Assembly: GCA_024137785.1 (NCBI GenBank)
Contig: JAHRHZ010000002.1
Coordinates: 5,880,172 to 5,913,007 of the forward strand
Source: Ginglymostoma cirratum
Taxonomy: Eukaryota
DNA length: 32,836 nt
Direction of reading: 5' to 3'
Positions 1 through 11,333 of the stretch are shown here, in pieces. Positions within the stretch are counted from its first letter, which is position 1, and the number at the start of each line of letters is the position of its first letter. The notes under the pieces are model-generated. The model saw nothing but the letters and a program-made list of their open reading frames with translations, had not been told where the DNA came from and did not search any database. The translations under genes and the position numbers were made by a program.

Positions 1-394
1 TCCACCTCCCTAACCTGTTTTTCCTCTCACCTCAAGCCACACCCCCATCTCCTATCCACTAACATCATCCCGCCCCCTTGACCTGTCCGTCCTCCCTGGA
101 CTGACCTATCTCCTCCCTACCCTCCTACCTACACTCACCTTTACTGGCTCCATCCCCGCCTCTTCGACTTGTCTGCCTCCTCTCCACCTATCCTCTCCTC
201 TATCCATCCTCTATCCGCCTCCCCCTCTCTCCCTATTTATTTCAGAACCCTCTTCCCCTCCCTCATTTCTGATGAAGGGTTTAGGCCCGAAACGTCAAGT
301 TTTCCTGCTCCTATGATGCTGCTTGACCTGCTGCGTTCATCCAGCCCCATGCTTGTTATCTCGGATTCTCCAGCATCTGCAGTACCTTTTATCT
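1..394 (+). mobile_element. Penelope-like element 3' terminal (pLTR) fragment, running off the left edge of the window
   Basis: Near-identical to the 3' tail of the RT/GIY-YIG element (reverse complement of ~5232-5640, and 7200-7634). Contains CTGATGA...GAAACGTC at 269-296. Confidence 0.9.
266..299 (+). ncRNA. Minimal type I hammerhead ribozyme motif in a Penelope terminal repeat
   Basis: tttCTGATGAagggtttaggcccGAAACGTCaag has the CUGAUGA core, a GGG/CCC helix II, GAAA, a palindromic ACGT helix III, a GUC cleavage triplet and a ttt/aag helix I. Confidence 0.7.
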
Positions 395-447
395 CTTTAT
401 CTTCACCACACTGTTTGCCTTCCTCTTCATACCCTCTGTCCGGGTAC
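395..447 (-). pseudogene. TRIM pseudogene, remnant of the linker exon after the 23-nt exon
   Basis: Reads (R)YPDRGYEEEGKQCGEDK in phase 2, continuing the 23-nt exon. The expected acceptor AG reads AT, and the exon is cut by the Penelope insertion at ~394. Confidence 0.5.
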
Positions 448-529
448 ATATTTAAATGGGATTGATCTAATGACTCGCTGCTGGATATAAACTGTGACCA
501 CTGTGTGAGCATTTGGATTAAGTACGCAC

Positions 530-552
530 CTTTTTCTCAATCTCTTCAGTTT
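530..552 (-). pseudogene. TRIM pseudogene, 23-nt micro-exon
   Basis: tcctgcAG|AAACTGAAGAGATTGAGAAAAAG|GTgcgt encodes KLKRLRK(R). A 23-nt phase 0-2 exon after the long coiled-coil exon is typical of TRIM-B30.2 genes. Confidence 0.75.
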
Positions 553-1739
553 CTGCAGGACACAGAGTCAGAAGCAATTTTAGAAATATGTAGTGCTGTT
601 CAGATTGCTCATCGTTAAATAATACACTTAATGCTTTTAGTAAAATATGAACGGATTTATGTGGAGTTTTCACTGATGATGTAAGTGATAGCATTTCAAT
701 TACCACATCTGCAGCTCCCCTTCCCTCCAACATATTCAAATGAGATTCCTCCACTGCTGAATCCCTTGAAGATTCGCTGATCAGTTAATTTTATTTCTGG
801 TTTCTATTTTACAAGTAACATAGATCCTGCCTCTGTGGCCCTAAGCTGGTGACAGTGATGTTGCATCTAACCTCAGCATTCACTCAAAGGTGAAATAATA
901 GCTGTACCATCTCTTGGATACCTCTAGGCAGCTCTAGGGCAACATATTCAGTACCTGTGAACACAACAGATGAGAACAAGGAGAGTAGATTCATTGTAAT
1001 GCCTATACAGTCAAACATCTTGCTTTGTTTGCTGAATTAGGAGTCTAGGACAAGGGATCTTTTTAAACAACTGAGCCAGACTCCCTACGAGTGAATTTGG
1101 GAATTCCTTTATGAAAAATGCTAATAGCTGTTTGGACTCTGATTCAACTGTCACAAGAGATGCGAGATGAATGTTTAAATATGAAGTCAAGAGTTTTTTC
1201 ATTAACAACAAGATTAAGTGACTTGAGGAGAATGTAAATACTGCAGCTAGTTGTGGTTGACTACAAATCTACTCTAAAACCTTAACGTGCAGCTAGGTCA
1301 CAGATCAGCCACAATGTCAATGAATGGTGAATCATCAGTCCTCTATGTTGAACACTAATTAGAAGCTTTCAGGTGACCGTGGGCACAGAATGTGCTCTGT
1401 ATGGGAGAATTCAATGTCCAATATAAAGAATTCCACAGTAGCACCACCTATTGAGTGAGCTGGCTCAATTCTGTAGGGTATCTTTGCCAGTCTGGGTAGT
1501 GGAAAATTGTGAGATAACCAACAAGATGAAAAAAAAGACTTCAACAAATCTTCATAAATTTACCTGTTGTTAATACACCTGTCCATGACAGTATATTGCA
1601 GGTAAAGAAGCATGCCCTTTTCTACTTCAGCCAGAATGGAAACCAAACCCTATAATTTTGGCATTAATCTGAGCTGCATGGCAGCAGTCTAGCCAACTGA
1701 GATAAACCCTGCCTCTACCCTGTCATGTCACAGAGGTAG

Positions 1740-2600
1740 AAATCAGTTATATCAATGATGGTACAAGGAAGGAGTTGGAAGCACATCTTGGGGTCAAATA
1801 TGACAAGAAATTTGTAAAAGGTCTGGTTCAGGAGCTGGAAGAGAAGTCATTGATGGTGATTTCCTGGCTGCAATTAGCTAGATAGGACTGGAACCAGGCA
1901 TGTACTGTCCCACCATGCTGGAGAGGCATTCAAGAGGGTGATGGCATACCAGCCATCTCAAAGACAATGGAACTTTGGAATAAAATGAGGAAGGATAGTT
2001 TACTGTTTCCACAGAAACACAAAATGCTGTATGCCACAATGAAAAGAAATATTTCTCTAGCGTGACTGGGACAGAAATCAGGTTGTAGTTATTCAAACAT
2101 CCAATTCCAGGAGACATAGCCATAGATTTGAGAAGTGACAACATGTTTGTGGACTTTCAAGAAGAACTGAAGAAGTTCCGACTTGGAGTAACTTGTAAGG
2201 ACAGAAGGTCAAGGACATTTTGGTTTTGGAATAGAATGAAATTGGGAAATTTCAAAACAGGGAAATCAAATTTGAAGAGACAGAACTATTAACAACATGG
2301 GGAAGTTGGGTGGTCAGCAGTTTAATGGGAATATGTTTTAACAAGGAAGGGCTGGGTCTCATGAGCAAAATTAGCCCAGAAAGGATTAACCAGAAATAAG
2401 AGAAAATCTAAAGGAAAATCTGTATTCCAAGGTTATGGTAAGGGGAAGACTTAGAGGAACTTTAACCACGTGGGCTAATGAGAGGGAGGGACGTGGTGAA
2501 AGCACCTGAGCAGATAGTATTGTCTTGGTCACAAAGAAATCCATGAATTCTTTATATTTGTTAGAAATGAGGGATCTATAGATGGTTTAAAGTGCAGTGC
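1740..2600 (-). mobile_element. Highly decayed LINE-like fragments (possibly L2/CR1 group)
   Basis: Purine-rich degenerate stretch resembling the antisense of old LINE ORF2 sequence. No intact frame, and the family is uncertain. Confidence 0.3.
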
Positions 2601-2810
2601 ATCTTTACTCTGCCACTCTGGTTCCAGTTACAGTGCAGCCACTATCAGATTTTTACTGTGTGTGACTATCTCTTTGACATTCAAAGCCCTTGGCTGATTC
2701 CTGTTTGCCCTCTGTTACACTGTACATTGTGCATTGTGGTGATGGGGTTTGAGACATATCGCAAAGTACACTTTGTCAAACAGCTTGAGGATTAGATTGT
2801 AAAGGGTTAC

Positions 2811-3042
2811 ATTGGAAAAAAAATACTGACTTGCTACTTGATATTCATATAAAAGTTCAACGTGTTCTCTTCAAGTAAAGGGAATTTTTCTTCAATTCTC
2901 AGGTTCTCCTTCATTGGTCGCAAATCTTCCTCCTTTTGTCTCCTCAGCTCTTCGATTACATGTTTCTGTTCATCTTCAAAGTATTGATACATTTTGGAAA
3001 ATTGTGCAGATGTGTATTGCTCATGAGATTCAGCATAAGATG
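2811..3042 (-). pseudogene. TRIM pseudogene, long coiled-coil exon (232 nt)
   Basis: Bounded by ctatcAG| and |GTaacc. Translates SHEQYTSAQFSKMYQYFEDEQKHVIEELRRQKEEDLRPMKENLRIEEKFPLLEENTLNFYMNIK*QVSIF, resembling the ~231-nt coiled-coil exon of TRIM39/TRIM69/nuclear factor 7-like genes. Has an in-frame TAG and a frameshift at the 5' end. Confidence 0.85.
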
Positions 3043-3113
3043 CTGATAGAAATCACGTAAACAGTAGGTTGTTTAAGGGTTATAATTGTGTTTAAAGGGA
3101 CCAGAAATCATAC

Positions 3114-3172
3114 ATACAATTCTGAAATCTTCTTCTGCTGCTGTTTTAATTTACGTTTGCTTTTCTTTTCCT
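3114..3172 (-). pseudogene. TRIM pseudogene, 3' part of the first coiled-coil (~96-nt type) exon
   Basis: Reads KEKKSKRKLKQQQKKISELY|GTatga, followed by a 71-nt intron to the next exon. The 5' part is replaced by a Gypsy LTR fragment. Confidence 0.7.
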
Positions 3173-3700
3173 TGCCAGACATCATGTTCAGTCTGACAGC
3201 TGTCTCTGATGCAGCTGGATCAATGTCAAAATGTCTCCATGTGTAAATAAAGATGGCTTAGTGAAGTGATCCCAGCTTTATCAGTGATGATGAGAGAAAA
3301 GCACGCTCCTGCAGAAATTTACTTGTAACAGTTGTCTTTGAGTTGGAGTAAGCATTTCTGGGACTATGCCATTACTTAGGAAGCTTGACTCATTCAATCC
3401 TGCCTTTGAATACTGGATCAGTATGTGGAAAGAATGCATTTTTTTTTACCGGCCAAATGACATTGGGACAGATGAAATGCTTCATAACTGCTTTTAGACC
3501 TGCAGCATTTTCGATTATTAAGGGCCTAACTTTCCTTGAGGCACCAGATACTAACACCTTTCAAGAGTTGATGGATTTATTTAAGGAATATTACAACCCC
3601 AAGCCTCCTCTAATTCTGAAATGCTATTGGTTTTACTCGGCCATTTGAGAACCAGGGAATCGATATCAGGATTTTTGACTCGGTTAAGATGACTGGCAGG
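3173..3700 (+). mobile_element. Decayed Gypsy-type LTR retrotransposon: LTR 3' half plus gag N-terminus
   Basis: 3173-3280 aligns with the reverse complement of the LTR at 29330-29565 (gttcagtctga.agctg.ctctga.g.agctggatca...tgtgtaaataaag). From the ATG at 3366 it reads MPLLRKLDSFNPAFEYW/QYVERMHFF...AAFSIIKGLTFLEAPDTNTFQELMDLFKEYYNPKPPLIL...SGFLTRLR*LA, with frameshifts and stops. Confidence 0.8.
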
Positions 3701-5625
3701 GAACTGCAAGATGATTCATTTTGGGCGGAAGAACAGGGACAGGTAATGTAACATAAAGGGTACAATTCCAAAGGATGGTGCAGGAACATAAGGATGTTTA
3801 TATACATGTGCACAAATCATTGAATTGACAGAGAAGATTTGGAGAATAGTTAAAAATGCATATGGGATGCCAAGTTTTATGAACAGGGGCAAAACTGCAA
3901 AGATTTCCAGTGCTGTAACCATTCTCTGATACTATGATTTATTTGCCAGTTTTGCATTGTGTTTTATAACATTTTGTTTGGCCCACATGGACCAACTTAA
4001 ACACTGTTTGTTATTTGGATTCCTTAATTCTAACAATGGAGGAAGTGGTCGATTTCGTGGTCATCAAGACTATTAGTAACTTCAAATCCTAATTTTTATC
4101 ATTTGTTGCTCCATGTATTTGTGAAAATAACTTTAAAATAGCAATTTACTTATTCCACTCTCCTCAGTTATGGTTTTTTAATGTGCAATGCATTTTATCC
4201 TCAAAGAATTCATACACTTCCTTATGCTTCTTGCAGTAGAACAGGAACCACAGCAAGGGCTAATTTCCTTTGGCGAACCTGACTGAGTGGTCAGTTGTGG
4301 AATCTGAGAGTTAACAATTTGAATAGCTTCTACCAATTTTGAAAATTGTTATACTTAATTGATATTCAAGTATTTTCCTTTGGCGATAGTGATTTGTAAT
4401 TTACACCACGCTCCCTGCTGGTATAAGGTCAATGGTGGGGGGGGAAACTATTAATTGCCAGCTTCCTTTAGGTAGTTTAGCTTTCATACCTTCCTAACTG
4501 TCCTGTATGTCAACACTTTAGGGTCTAAAAATCAGATGATACTCCTGATTACACAGGTTTGGTGGGATTAATCAATAGTTGTCTAACTACAGACAAATCT
4601 TTAAAATGTGATCATTAGATATCCTTGATATCACAAACACCAAGAGGTGGAAGTCGACTCTTGATATGGCCAATGCAGGTGCCTAGAAGAAGCAACAACA
4701 AAATGGCACAGTCAGTTTTACTAACCATGACTGAACGTCAAATTTTCCAGTTGTGTTCAAATGAATACATGACAAAATAGAAGGATCACACACAATTCTA
4801 CCTCATGACGGCGTTACTTATGCTCAAAACACAGCTGTCTTCTCTGACATGATTTGAAGAATCCTCCAAGGAAAACAAACATTCAGCAGCGATATTGATG
4901 CCAAAGAATGACAAAGTGCAATCAAAGGTCCACCAAGATTCCAGTACAGCAACAATTTATATCTGAATGTTTCATTGTCAGACAGTAGACTTTTAACCCA
5001 ACCAAGTTGTCATGCACTTAAAATGTCACTGACTTAGAGGGAGATGGGTTAGTGGTAAGCCTACTTTACTGGTGCTAATCAATTATATGAACAATTTAAT
5101 GACCAGAAAAAAGCCGCCTGCAGTCTCTCCTCACCATTGGGTCAAGACACATCCTGTTGCAGTCTGCATCCCATCCCTTCCCATACACCTACAGATCCAT
5201 AACTCCCAAAACTATAACCACCCCTTAGATAATAGGTACTGCAGATGCTGGAGAATCTGAGATAACAAGGTATGGAGCCGGATGAACACAGCAGGCCAAG
5301 CAGCATCATAGGAGCAGGAAAGCTTGACGTTTTGGGCCTAGACCCTTCATCAGAAATGGGGGAGGGGAAGAGGGTTCTGAAATAAATAGGGAGAGAGGGG
5401 GAGGCGGATAGAAGATGGGTAGAGGAGAGGATAGGTGGAGAGGAGGCAGAGAAGTCAAAGAGGCTGGGATGGAGCCAGTAAAGGTGAGTGTAGGTGGGGG
5501 GGTAGGGAGGAGATAGGTCAGTCCAGGGAGGACGGACAGTTCAAGGGGGCGGGATGAGGTTAGTAGATAGGAGATGGGGGTGGGGCTTGAGGTGGGAGGA
5601 GGGGATAGGTGAGAGAAAAATCAGG

Positions 5626-6954
5626 TTAGGGAGGCGGAGATGAGCTGTGCTGGTTTTGAGATGCGGTTGGGGGAGGGGAGATTTTGAAGCTTGTGAAATC
5701 CACATTGATACCATTGGGCTGCAAGGTTCCCAGGCTGAATATGATTTGCTGTTCCTGCAGTCTTCGGGTGGCATCATTGTGGCATTGCAGGAGGCCCAGG
5801 ATGGACATGTCATCTGAGGAATGGGAGGGGGAGTTGAAATGGTTCGTAACTGGGAGGTGAAGTTGTTTGTTGCGGACTGAGCGCAGGTGTTCTGCAAAGC
5901 GGTCCCCAAGCCTCTGCTTGGTTTCCCCGATGTAGAGGAGGCCACAACGGGTACAGCGGATGCAGTATACCACATTGGCAGATGTGCAGGTGAACATCTG
6001 CTTGATGTGGAAAGTCTTCTTGGGGCGTGGGATTGGGGTGAGGGAGGAGGTGTGGGGGCAGGTGTAGCACTTCCTGCGGTTGCAAGGAAAAGTGCCGGGT
6101 GTGGTGGGGCTGGAGGGGAGCGTGGAGCGGACAAGGGAGTCACGGAGGGAGTGGTCCCTCCGGAAAGCAGACAAGGGTGGGGAGGGAAAAATGCCTTTGG
6201 TGGTGGCGTCAGATTGCAGATGGCGGAAGTGTCGGAGGATGATGCGTTGGATCCGGAGGTTGGTGGGGTGGTACGTGAGGTGGAGGGGGATTCTTTTTTG
6301 GTTGTTATTGCGGGGATGGGATGTGAGGGATGAGTTGCGGGAAATGCAGGTAACCCGGTTGAGGGCGTTCTCGACCACTGCGGGGGGGAAGTTGCGGTCC
6401 TTGAAGAATGAGGACATCTGAGATGTGCGGGAGTGGAATGCCTCATCTTGGGAGCAGATGCGGCGGAGGCGAAGGAATTGGAAATAGGGGATGGCATTTT
6501 TGCAGGAAGGTGGGTGGGAGGAGGTGTATTCCAGGTAGCTGTGGGAGTCAGTGGGCTTGAAATGGACATCGATTTCTAGGTGGTTACCCGAGATGGAGAC
6601 AGAGAGGTCCAGGCAGGAGAGAGAAGTGTTGGAGATGGTCCAGGTGAACTTCAGGTTGGGGTGGAAGGTGTTGGTGAAGTGCATGAAGTGTTCGAGCTCC
6701 TCGTGGGAGCATGAAGCGGCGCCGATACAGTCATCAATGTAACGGAGGAAGAGGTGGGGTTTAGGGCCAGTGTAGGTACGGAAGAGGGATTGTTCCACAT
6801 AACCTACAAAGAGGCAGGTATAGCTTGGGCCCATGCGGGTACCCATGGCCACCCGCTTTATCTGTAGGAAGTGGGAGGAATTGAAAGAGAAGTTGTTGAG
6901 GGTGAGGACGAGTTCGGTTAAGCGGATGAGGGTGTCAGTGGAGGGGGATATCAC
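5626..6954 (-). CDS. Penelope-like reverse transcriptase (C-terminal part) plus GIY-YIG endonuclease, 5'-truncated
   Basis: Open 442-codon frame with RT motifs VAMGTRMGPSY and FLRYIDDC, the linker YLEYTSSHPPSCKNAIP, the Cys motif PCNRRKCYTC and the endonuclease motif NVVYCIRC...LLYIGETKQRLGDRFAEH. Confidence 0.92.
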   Translation of the reverse strand: MISPSTDTLIRLTELVLTLNNFSFNSSHFLQIKRVAMGTRMGPSYTCLFVGYVEQSLFRTYTGPKPHLFLRYIDDCIGAASCSHEELEHFMHFTNTFHPNLKFTWTISNTSLSCLDLSVSISGNHLEIDVHFKPTDSHSYLEYTSSHPPSCKNAIPYFQFLRLRRICSQDEAFHSRTSQMSSFFKDRNFPPAVVENALNRVTCISRNSSLTSHPRNNNQKRIPLHLTYHPTNLRIQRIILRHFRHLQSDATTKGIFPSPPLSAFRRDHSLRDSLVRSTLPSSPTTPGTFPCNRRKCYTCPHTSSLTPIPRPKKTFHIKQMFTCTSANVVYCIRCTRCGLLYIGETKQRLGDRFAEHLRSVRNKQLHLPVTNHFNSPSHSSDDMSILGLLQCHNDATRRLQEQQIIFSLGTLQPNGINVDFTSFKISPPPTASQNQHSSSPPP

Positions 6955-7281
6955 TCAGTTCGCAACAAACAACTGCACCTCCCAGTCTCGAACCATTTCA
7001 ACTTCCCCCCCGCCCCCCCATTCCTCAGATGACATGTCCATCCTGGGCCTCCTGCAATGCCACAATGATGCCACCCGAAGGCTGCAGGAACAGCAAATCA
7101 TATTCAGCCTGGGAACCCTGCAGCCCAATGACATCAATGTGGATTTCACAAGCTTCAAAATCTCCCCTCCCCCAACCGCATCCCAAAACCAGCCCAGCTC
7201 GTCCCCGCCTCCCTAACCTGTCCTTCCTCTCACCTATCCCCTCCTCCCACCTCAAGCCCCACCCCCATCTCCTATCTATTA

Positions 7282-7381
7282 NNNNNNNNNNNNNNNNNNN
7301 NNNNNNNNNNNNNNNNNNNNNNNNNNNNNNNNNNNNNNNNNNNNNNNNNNNNNNNNNNNNNNNNNNNNNNNNNNNNNNNNN
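7282..7381. other. Assembly gap (100 N)
   Basis: Run of N inside the inverted Penelope tail. Confidence 1.
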
Positions 7382-7541
7382 CCTCCCTACCCCCCCCCCC
7401 CCACCTACACTCACCTTTACTGGCTTCATCCCAGCCTCTTTGACTTCTCTGCCTCCTCTCCACCTATCCTCTCCTCTATCCATCTTCTATCTGCCTCCCC
7501 CTCTCTCCCTATTTATTTCAGAACCCTCTTCCCCTCCCCCA

Positions 7542-7575
7542 TTTCTGATGAAGGGTCTAGGCCCGAAACGTCAAG
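7542..7575 (+). ncRNA. Minimal hammerhead ribozyme motif (intact core)
   Basis: tttCTGATGAagggtctaggcccGAAACGTCaag. Confidence 0.7.
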
Positions 7576-8399
7576 CTTTCCTGCTCCTATGATGCTGCTT
7601 GGCCTGCTGTGTTCATCCAGCTCCACACCTTGTTACCACCCCTTAGATATTTTGTTCTATATTCACTGTAGAGAAAATTGATGCAGTTAGAAATCAGAGA
7701 GGGGTCTGTGATATATCTGAACAGATTAGCATTGATAGGGAGGAGGTATTAGCAGGTTTGAAAGTGAATAAATCCTTGGCCTAGATGTGATATATCCCTG
7801 GCTGGGAGGAACAAGAGGACATTTCAGGTGCTCTGACATTTCAAACCCGCTCTGGCCCCAGGGAGGGAGTCTGAAGTGCAGATGTTGGAGTTTGGGATCA
7901 TCATTAAACCTATGTCACTCGGTATTCTATTATTGATAATTCCTGTATAGCATGAAACCTCATTAACTGTGTTACAGTAATAGCTAGCCTTCCACAAGCA
8001 TTAAAAAAAATGTTGTTGAACACATTTCGCTCAATTATGAGTGGAATGTTTTTGGAAATAAGAAGGTTTTATTCTTGGAATGTAAACTAACCCTCAGATG
8101 AAGACGGACAAGGGGCAATGGTCATTGAACCTCATGAGAAGCTGCCAAAAGGATTCAGAAAATTGACTGAGACAGTGTACATTACCTGCACCTCTAACTC
8201 AGGCAAAACAATGGGAGCTGAAGAGAAAAGAGGGCTGTCATTTGGTGGCCTCCGCAGGCAGCAGTACTCATCAGGCAATCTACAGAGAGCTGTTGTCTCC
8301 AAATGGAAGATGGACATGAATAAGAGAAGGAAGACACAGGGAAGAGTTCCCTAACATTTCAGCTCAAGAGCTTCATAACTTTAACGAGACCAAAACAAT

Positions 8400-9395
8400 C
8401 CAAAACAAAAGCTGAAGGGTCTTCTTGTGGCTGGAAGCCTGTATCCAGTGCAAACAATAGGTTTCAGTTCTTGTCCCTTGCATTTTCAGTCTACATTAAT
8501 GATATAAACATAAAGGTAGGAGATATGATCCGTAAGTTTGCAGATCACATGAAAATTGGTGGTGTGCTAGGTAGCTACAGGGCAATATAGACCAGCTGGT
8601 CAGATGGGCTGAAGAGTGGCAAATGAGATCTAATTCTGAAATGTGTGAGATGATACATTTTGGGAGAACAGGAACCTAGACTATGAACCATAGGAAATAC
8701 AAGAGATCCAAGGGACCTTCATGTGCATGTTGACAGATCTTTGAAGGCAACAGGACAGGCCAATAAGGTGGATAAGAAAGCATATGGGATACTTACCTTA
8801 CATTAAACATAAGAGCAGGGGTGTTATGATGTAGCTGTTAAAGATATTGGTCCATAGCTGGAGGACTGCGTGCAGTTCCATTGCCACAACATGGGAAGGA
8901 TGTAGTTGCATAATGGAGGAAGCAGAGGAGATTCACCAGGATGTTGCCTGGTCCGGAGTGATTCAGCAATGATGAAAGACTAGATAGGCTGAGATTGTTT
9001 TCCTAAAAACACAGAAGGCTGAGGTGGCACATGATTGAGGTGTACAAATTATGCGGGGCATAGATAGGGAGAAACAGTTTCCATTCGCGGAGGGGTCAAA
9101 AACGATGAGGCGCATATTTAAACTAAGGAGCAGAAGGCTACAGGAGATTTAAAGCAATATGTTTTTCAGCCAGAACATTGTGGGTATCTGGAACTCACTG
9201 CCTAAAAGGGTGGCAGAGGTGGGAATCCACAAGACTTTGAAGAAGTACTCAAATGAGCACTTGAAAAGCCATGGCAGAGAAGGTCATGAGCCAAGTGCTA
9301 GGAAATGGAATTAGAATGAAACTTGACGACCATTGTGGAAATGGTGGGCTGATTGGTCATTTCCTGGGCTGTAAAAGACTCCATATCTCTATGAT
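8400..9395 (+). mobile_element. Decayed CR1 LINE, 3' portion (RT C-terminus and 3' UTR)
   Basis: Remnants of the KFADDTKIGGV motif (aagtttgcagatcacatgaaaattggtggtgtg) and of the QRRFTRMLPG and WNSLP motifs, followed by a typical CR1 tail. Many stops. Confidence 0.85.
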
Positions 9396-10444
9396 TGTGT
9401 GCTATTAGGAAGCAACGTGGACTTTTTGACACAAAAGAGACCCAATGTGTCGATCCTTTCCTGCTATGTATGCTTGTGCAATATTATTGTTGAAAATATT
9501 CCCTGCTCCCTTTCCATATCCTCTGTAACATTTTCCTAATACACGGATTACAACTGTAAACAATACTAGCCTCATAAATTTATTGAGTTAAATGTATATT
9601 TGTCACAATCCACACATTTGTATTATTCTGTTTGAAATACTATATACTTGTGAGCTATATTGAATAAATTTGGATTTCTGTGAAGTTTTCTGGACAGGAA
9701 GGTGTTAAAGAGCCTTGATAGTTGAAACATGGATATGTTTGCAGAGAGTGGGGGTTGCAGTTGTGATGATTCAAGGGTGAAAATAAGTAACCACTAAACT
9801 GCAATAAGTAACAGTTATTGACAATAGTTCAAGCCAAGGTATAAGAGCCCTAAAGATGGTTCAAAGATGTAAAAAGGCAGCGTGGAGGAATGGAACAAAG
9901 TATTAAGAGTATTGAGGATTAAAATAACTAGCAAACAAAACAGACATAATGGTAGCAATTGAGGTGAGAGTTGTCATGGCTGAGAAGAGACAGAAGTATG
10001 GGTTCTCTCACTGGAGAATGAGAAGGAAGATGGATATAATGTGCAGCTTAATGCAGAAGTGAAAGAAATTAGCCTGTGCCTTCTTTCTCCCTGTGTCCCA
10101 GTGAAGTCAAAAGTAGTCACACAGAAGTGATGAAAATGGGCTGTGACAGGTTTGTGTGTAGAGGTTGTTGCCTCTAGAGCGGTCAGTTAATCCGGTTGTA
10201 CAACTTTCAGAGCTGGGCCTCCAGAAGTGACAAAAATTACAGAATGGTGATAAATTACACAAAAATACCATGATGAGCTCACCTACACAAGAAAGAAATA
10301 AATTAGAAAGAGGGTTTCATTCAGATATATCTGATTTTCAAATCTCATTGTGAGTTTACAAAAATGGCAAATTCGAGACAGACACAATTTAATCTGTAGC
10401 TTTAGATATCTAAACATAAAATTTGAGAGGTACATATAGCAAAA

Positions 10445-10740
10445 TCATCCCAATGTTTCACTCAATTCCCATGCTTCTGTGATAATCCTGCTTTCGCCCC
10501 ATTGTCTTGAGTCAGTTCCAGTCTAATCCCACTGCTCTATTCTCTCCCCATAGTCCTCTAACAATCCCAAATAAATCCCATTTGATCCAAAAGAACTTAC
10601 TGTTGTACTCTCTTGCCACAGCCCTGTCTGTCCCAATCTAATCCCAGTCTAATTTGTCTGCCTTGTTTCATTCTTTTAGCCCCGTATCCAACCCAGTTTA
10701 ATCATTGCTCCACTCTCACCATTGCGTGTAACATCTTCCT
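10445..10740. repeat. Degenerate ~45-50-bp tandem repeat (aatcccagtctaatcccactg...tctccccatagccctgt); related arrays at ~30050-30265 and ~31215-31290
   Basis: Recurrent aatccca and ccccatag(t/c)cct motifs at roughly regular spacing. Confidence 0.5.
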
Positions 10741-11170
10741 TCAATCTACTCACTCAATCACTCAGACCACCTCAAAACATTTCTTGTCCGACAACCCCGA
10801 CTGACCATAGACCCCCTTGACTGTTCATTGCTACTGAACATACAAGCCACCTGGCTATCTGCCTGCTGTAAAAAGTGAGACAAACCAATGCAAAGAGATG
10901 CTGTGTAATCCAAGTAAGCATAAAGTGAGGGAGTGTTAAGAAAATGAGTTCAGAGACCTGAGATGTCCCCTGTTCCTGGCAGCTGCACTGCAATGTCACG
11001 ATGTCAGTCATTCCAAAGTGCTGGACTGTTTTGCAAATGAGTCCTGTATGTGCTATGATGAGGTGATGAAGCTGCTGTTTTGCAAATGCTATTGATGGTG
11101 AGTGCAGGTGGTCACGGGGCATGTAGTGTGCCCTGGGTTATTGCTGACCAAGACGGAGGCTTGGAGAAGA

Positions 11171-11333
11171 GATAATAGGAGCTGCAGATGCTGGAGAATC
11201 TGAGGTAACAAGGTGTGGAGCTGGATGAACACCAGATTTCTGATGAAGGGTCTAGGCCCGAAACGTCAAGCTTTCCTGCTCCTATGATGCTGCTTGGCCT
11301 GCTGTGTTCATCCAGCTCCACACCTTGTTATCT
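11171..11333. mobile_element. Short Penelope-derived insertion made of two inverted terminal fragments
   Basis: Same sequence as the tail of the 5232-7634 element. Flanked by the 17-bp direct repeat CGGAGGCTTGGAGAAGA at 11154-11170 and 11334-11350. Intact hammerhead motif at 11237-11270. Confidence 0.9.

Larger units (their letters stand above)
5232..7634 (-). mobile_element. Penelope-like retroelement insertion: 5'-truncated body on the - strand (5232-~6948) plus an inverted copy of its 3' end on the + strand (~6949-7634)
   Basis: Contains an RT + GIY-YIG ORF and an inverted duplicate of the C-terminus and tail. Flanked by the 15-bp direct repeat ACCACCCCTTAGATA at 5217-5231 and 7635-7649. 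Confidence 0.93.

Noticed and set aside
518-754. 78-aa - strand ORF as a standalone gene
   Set aside because: No recognisable domain. Only the embedded 23-nt exon, in a different frame, fits the TRIM structure.
5541-6742. Long alternative-frame and antisense ORFs (342, 148, 113 and 91 aa)
   Set aside because: They overlap the Penelope RT/GIY-YIG frame, have low-complexity Pro/Ser/Thr or Gly/Arg composition, and are shadows of a GC-skewed coding strand.
7025-7592. ORFs spanning the N run
   Set aside because: Artefacts of translating through the assembly gap within Penelope tail sequence.
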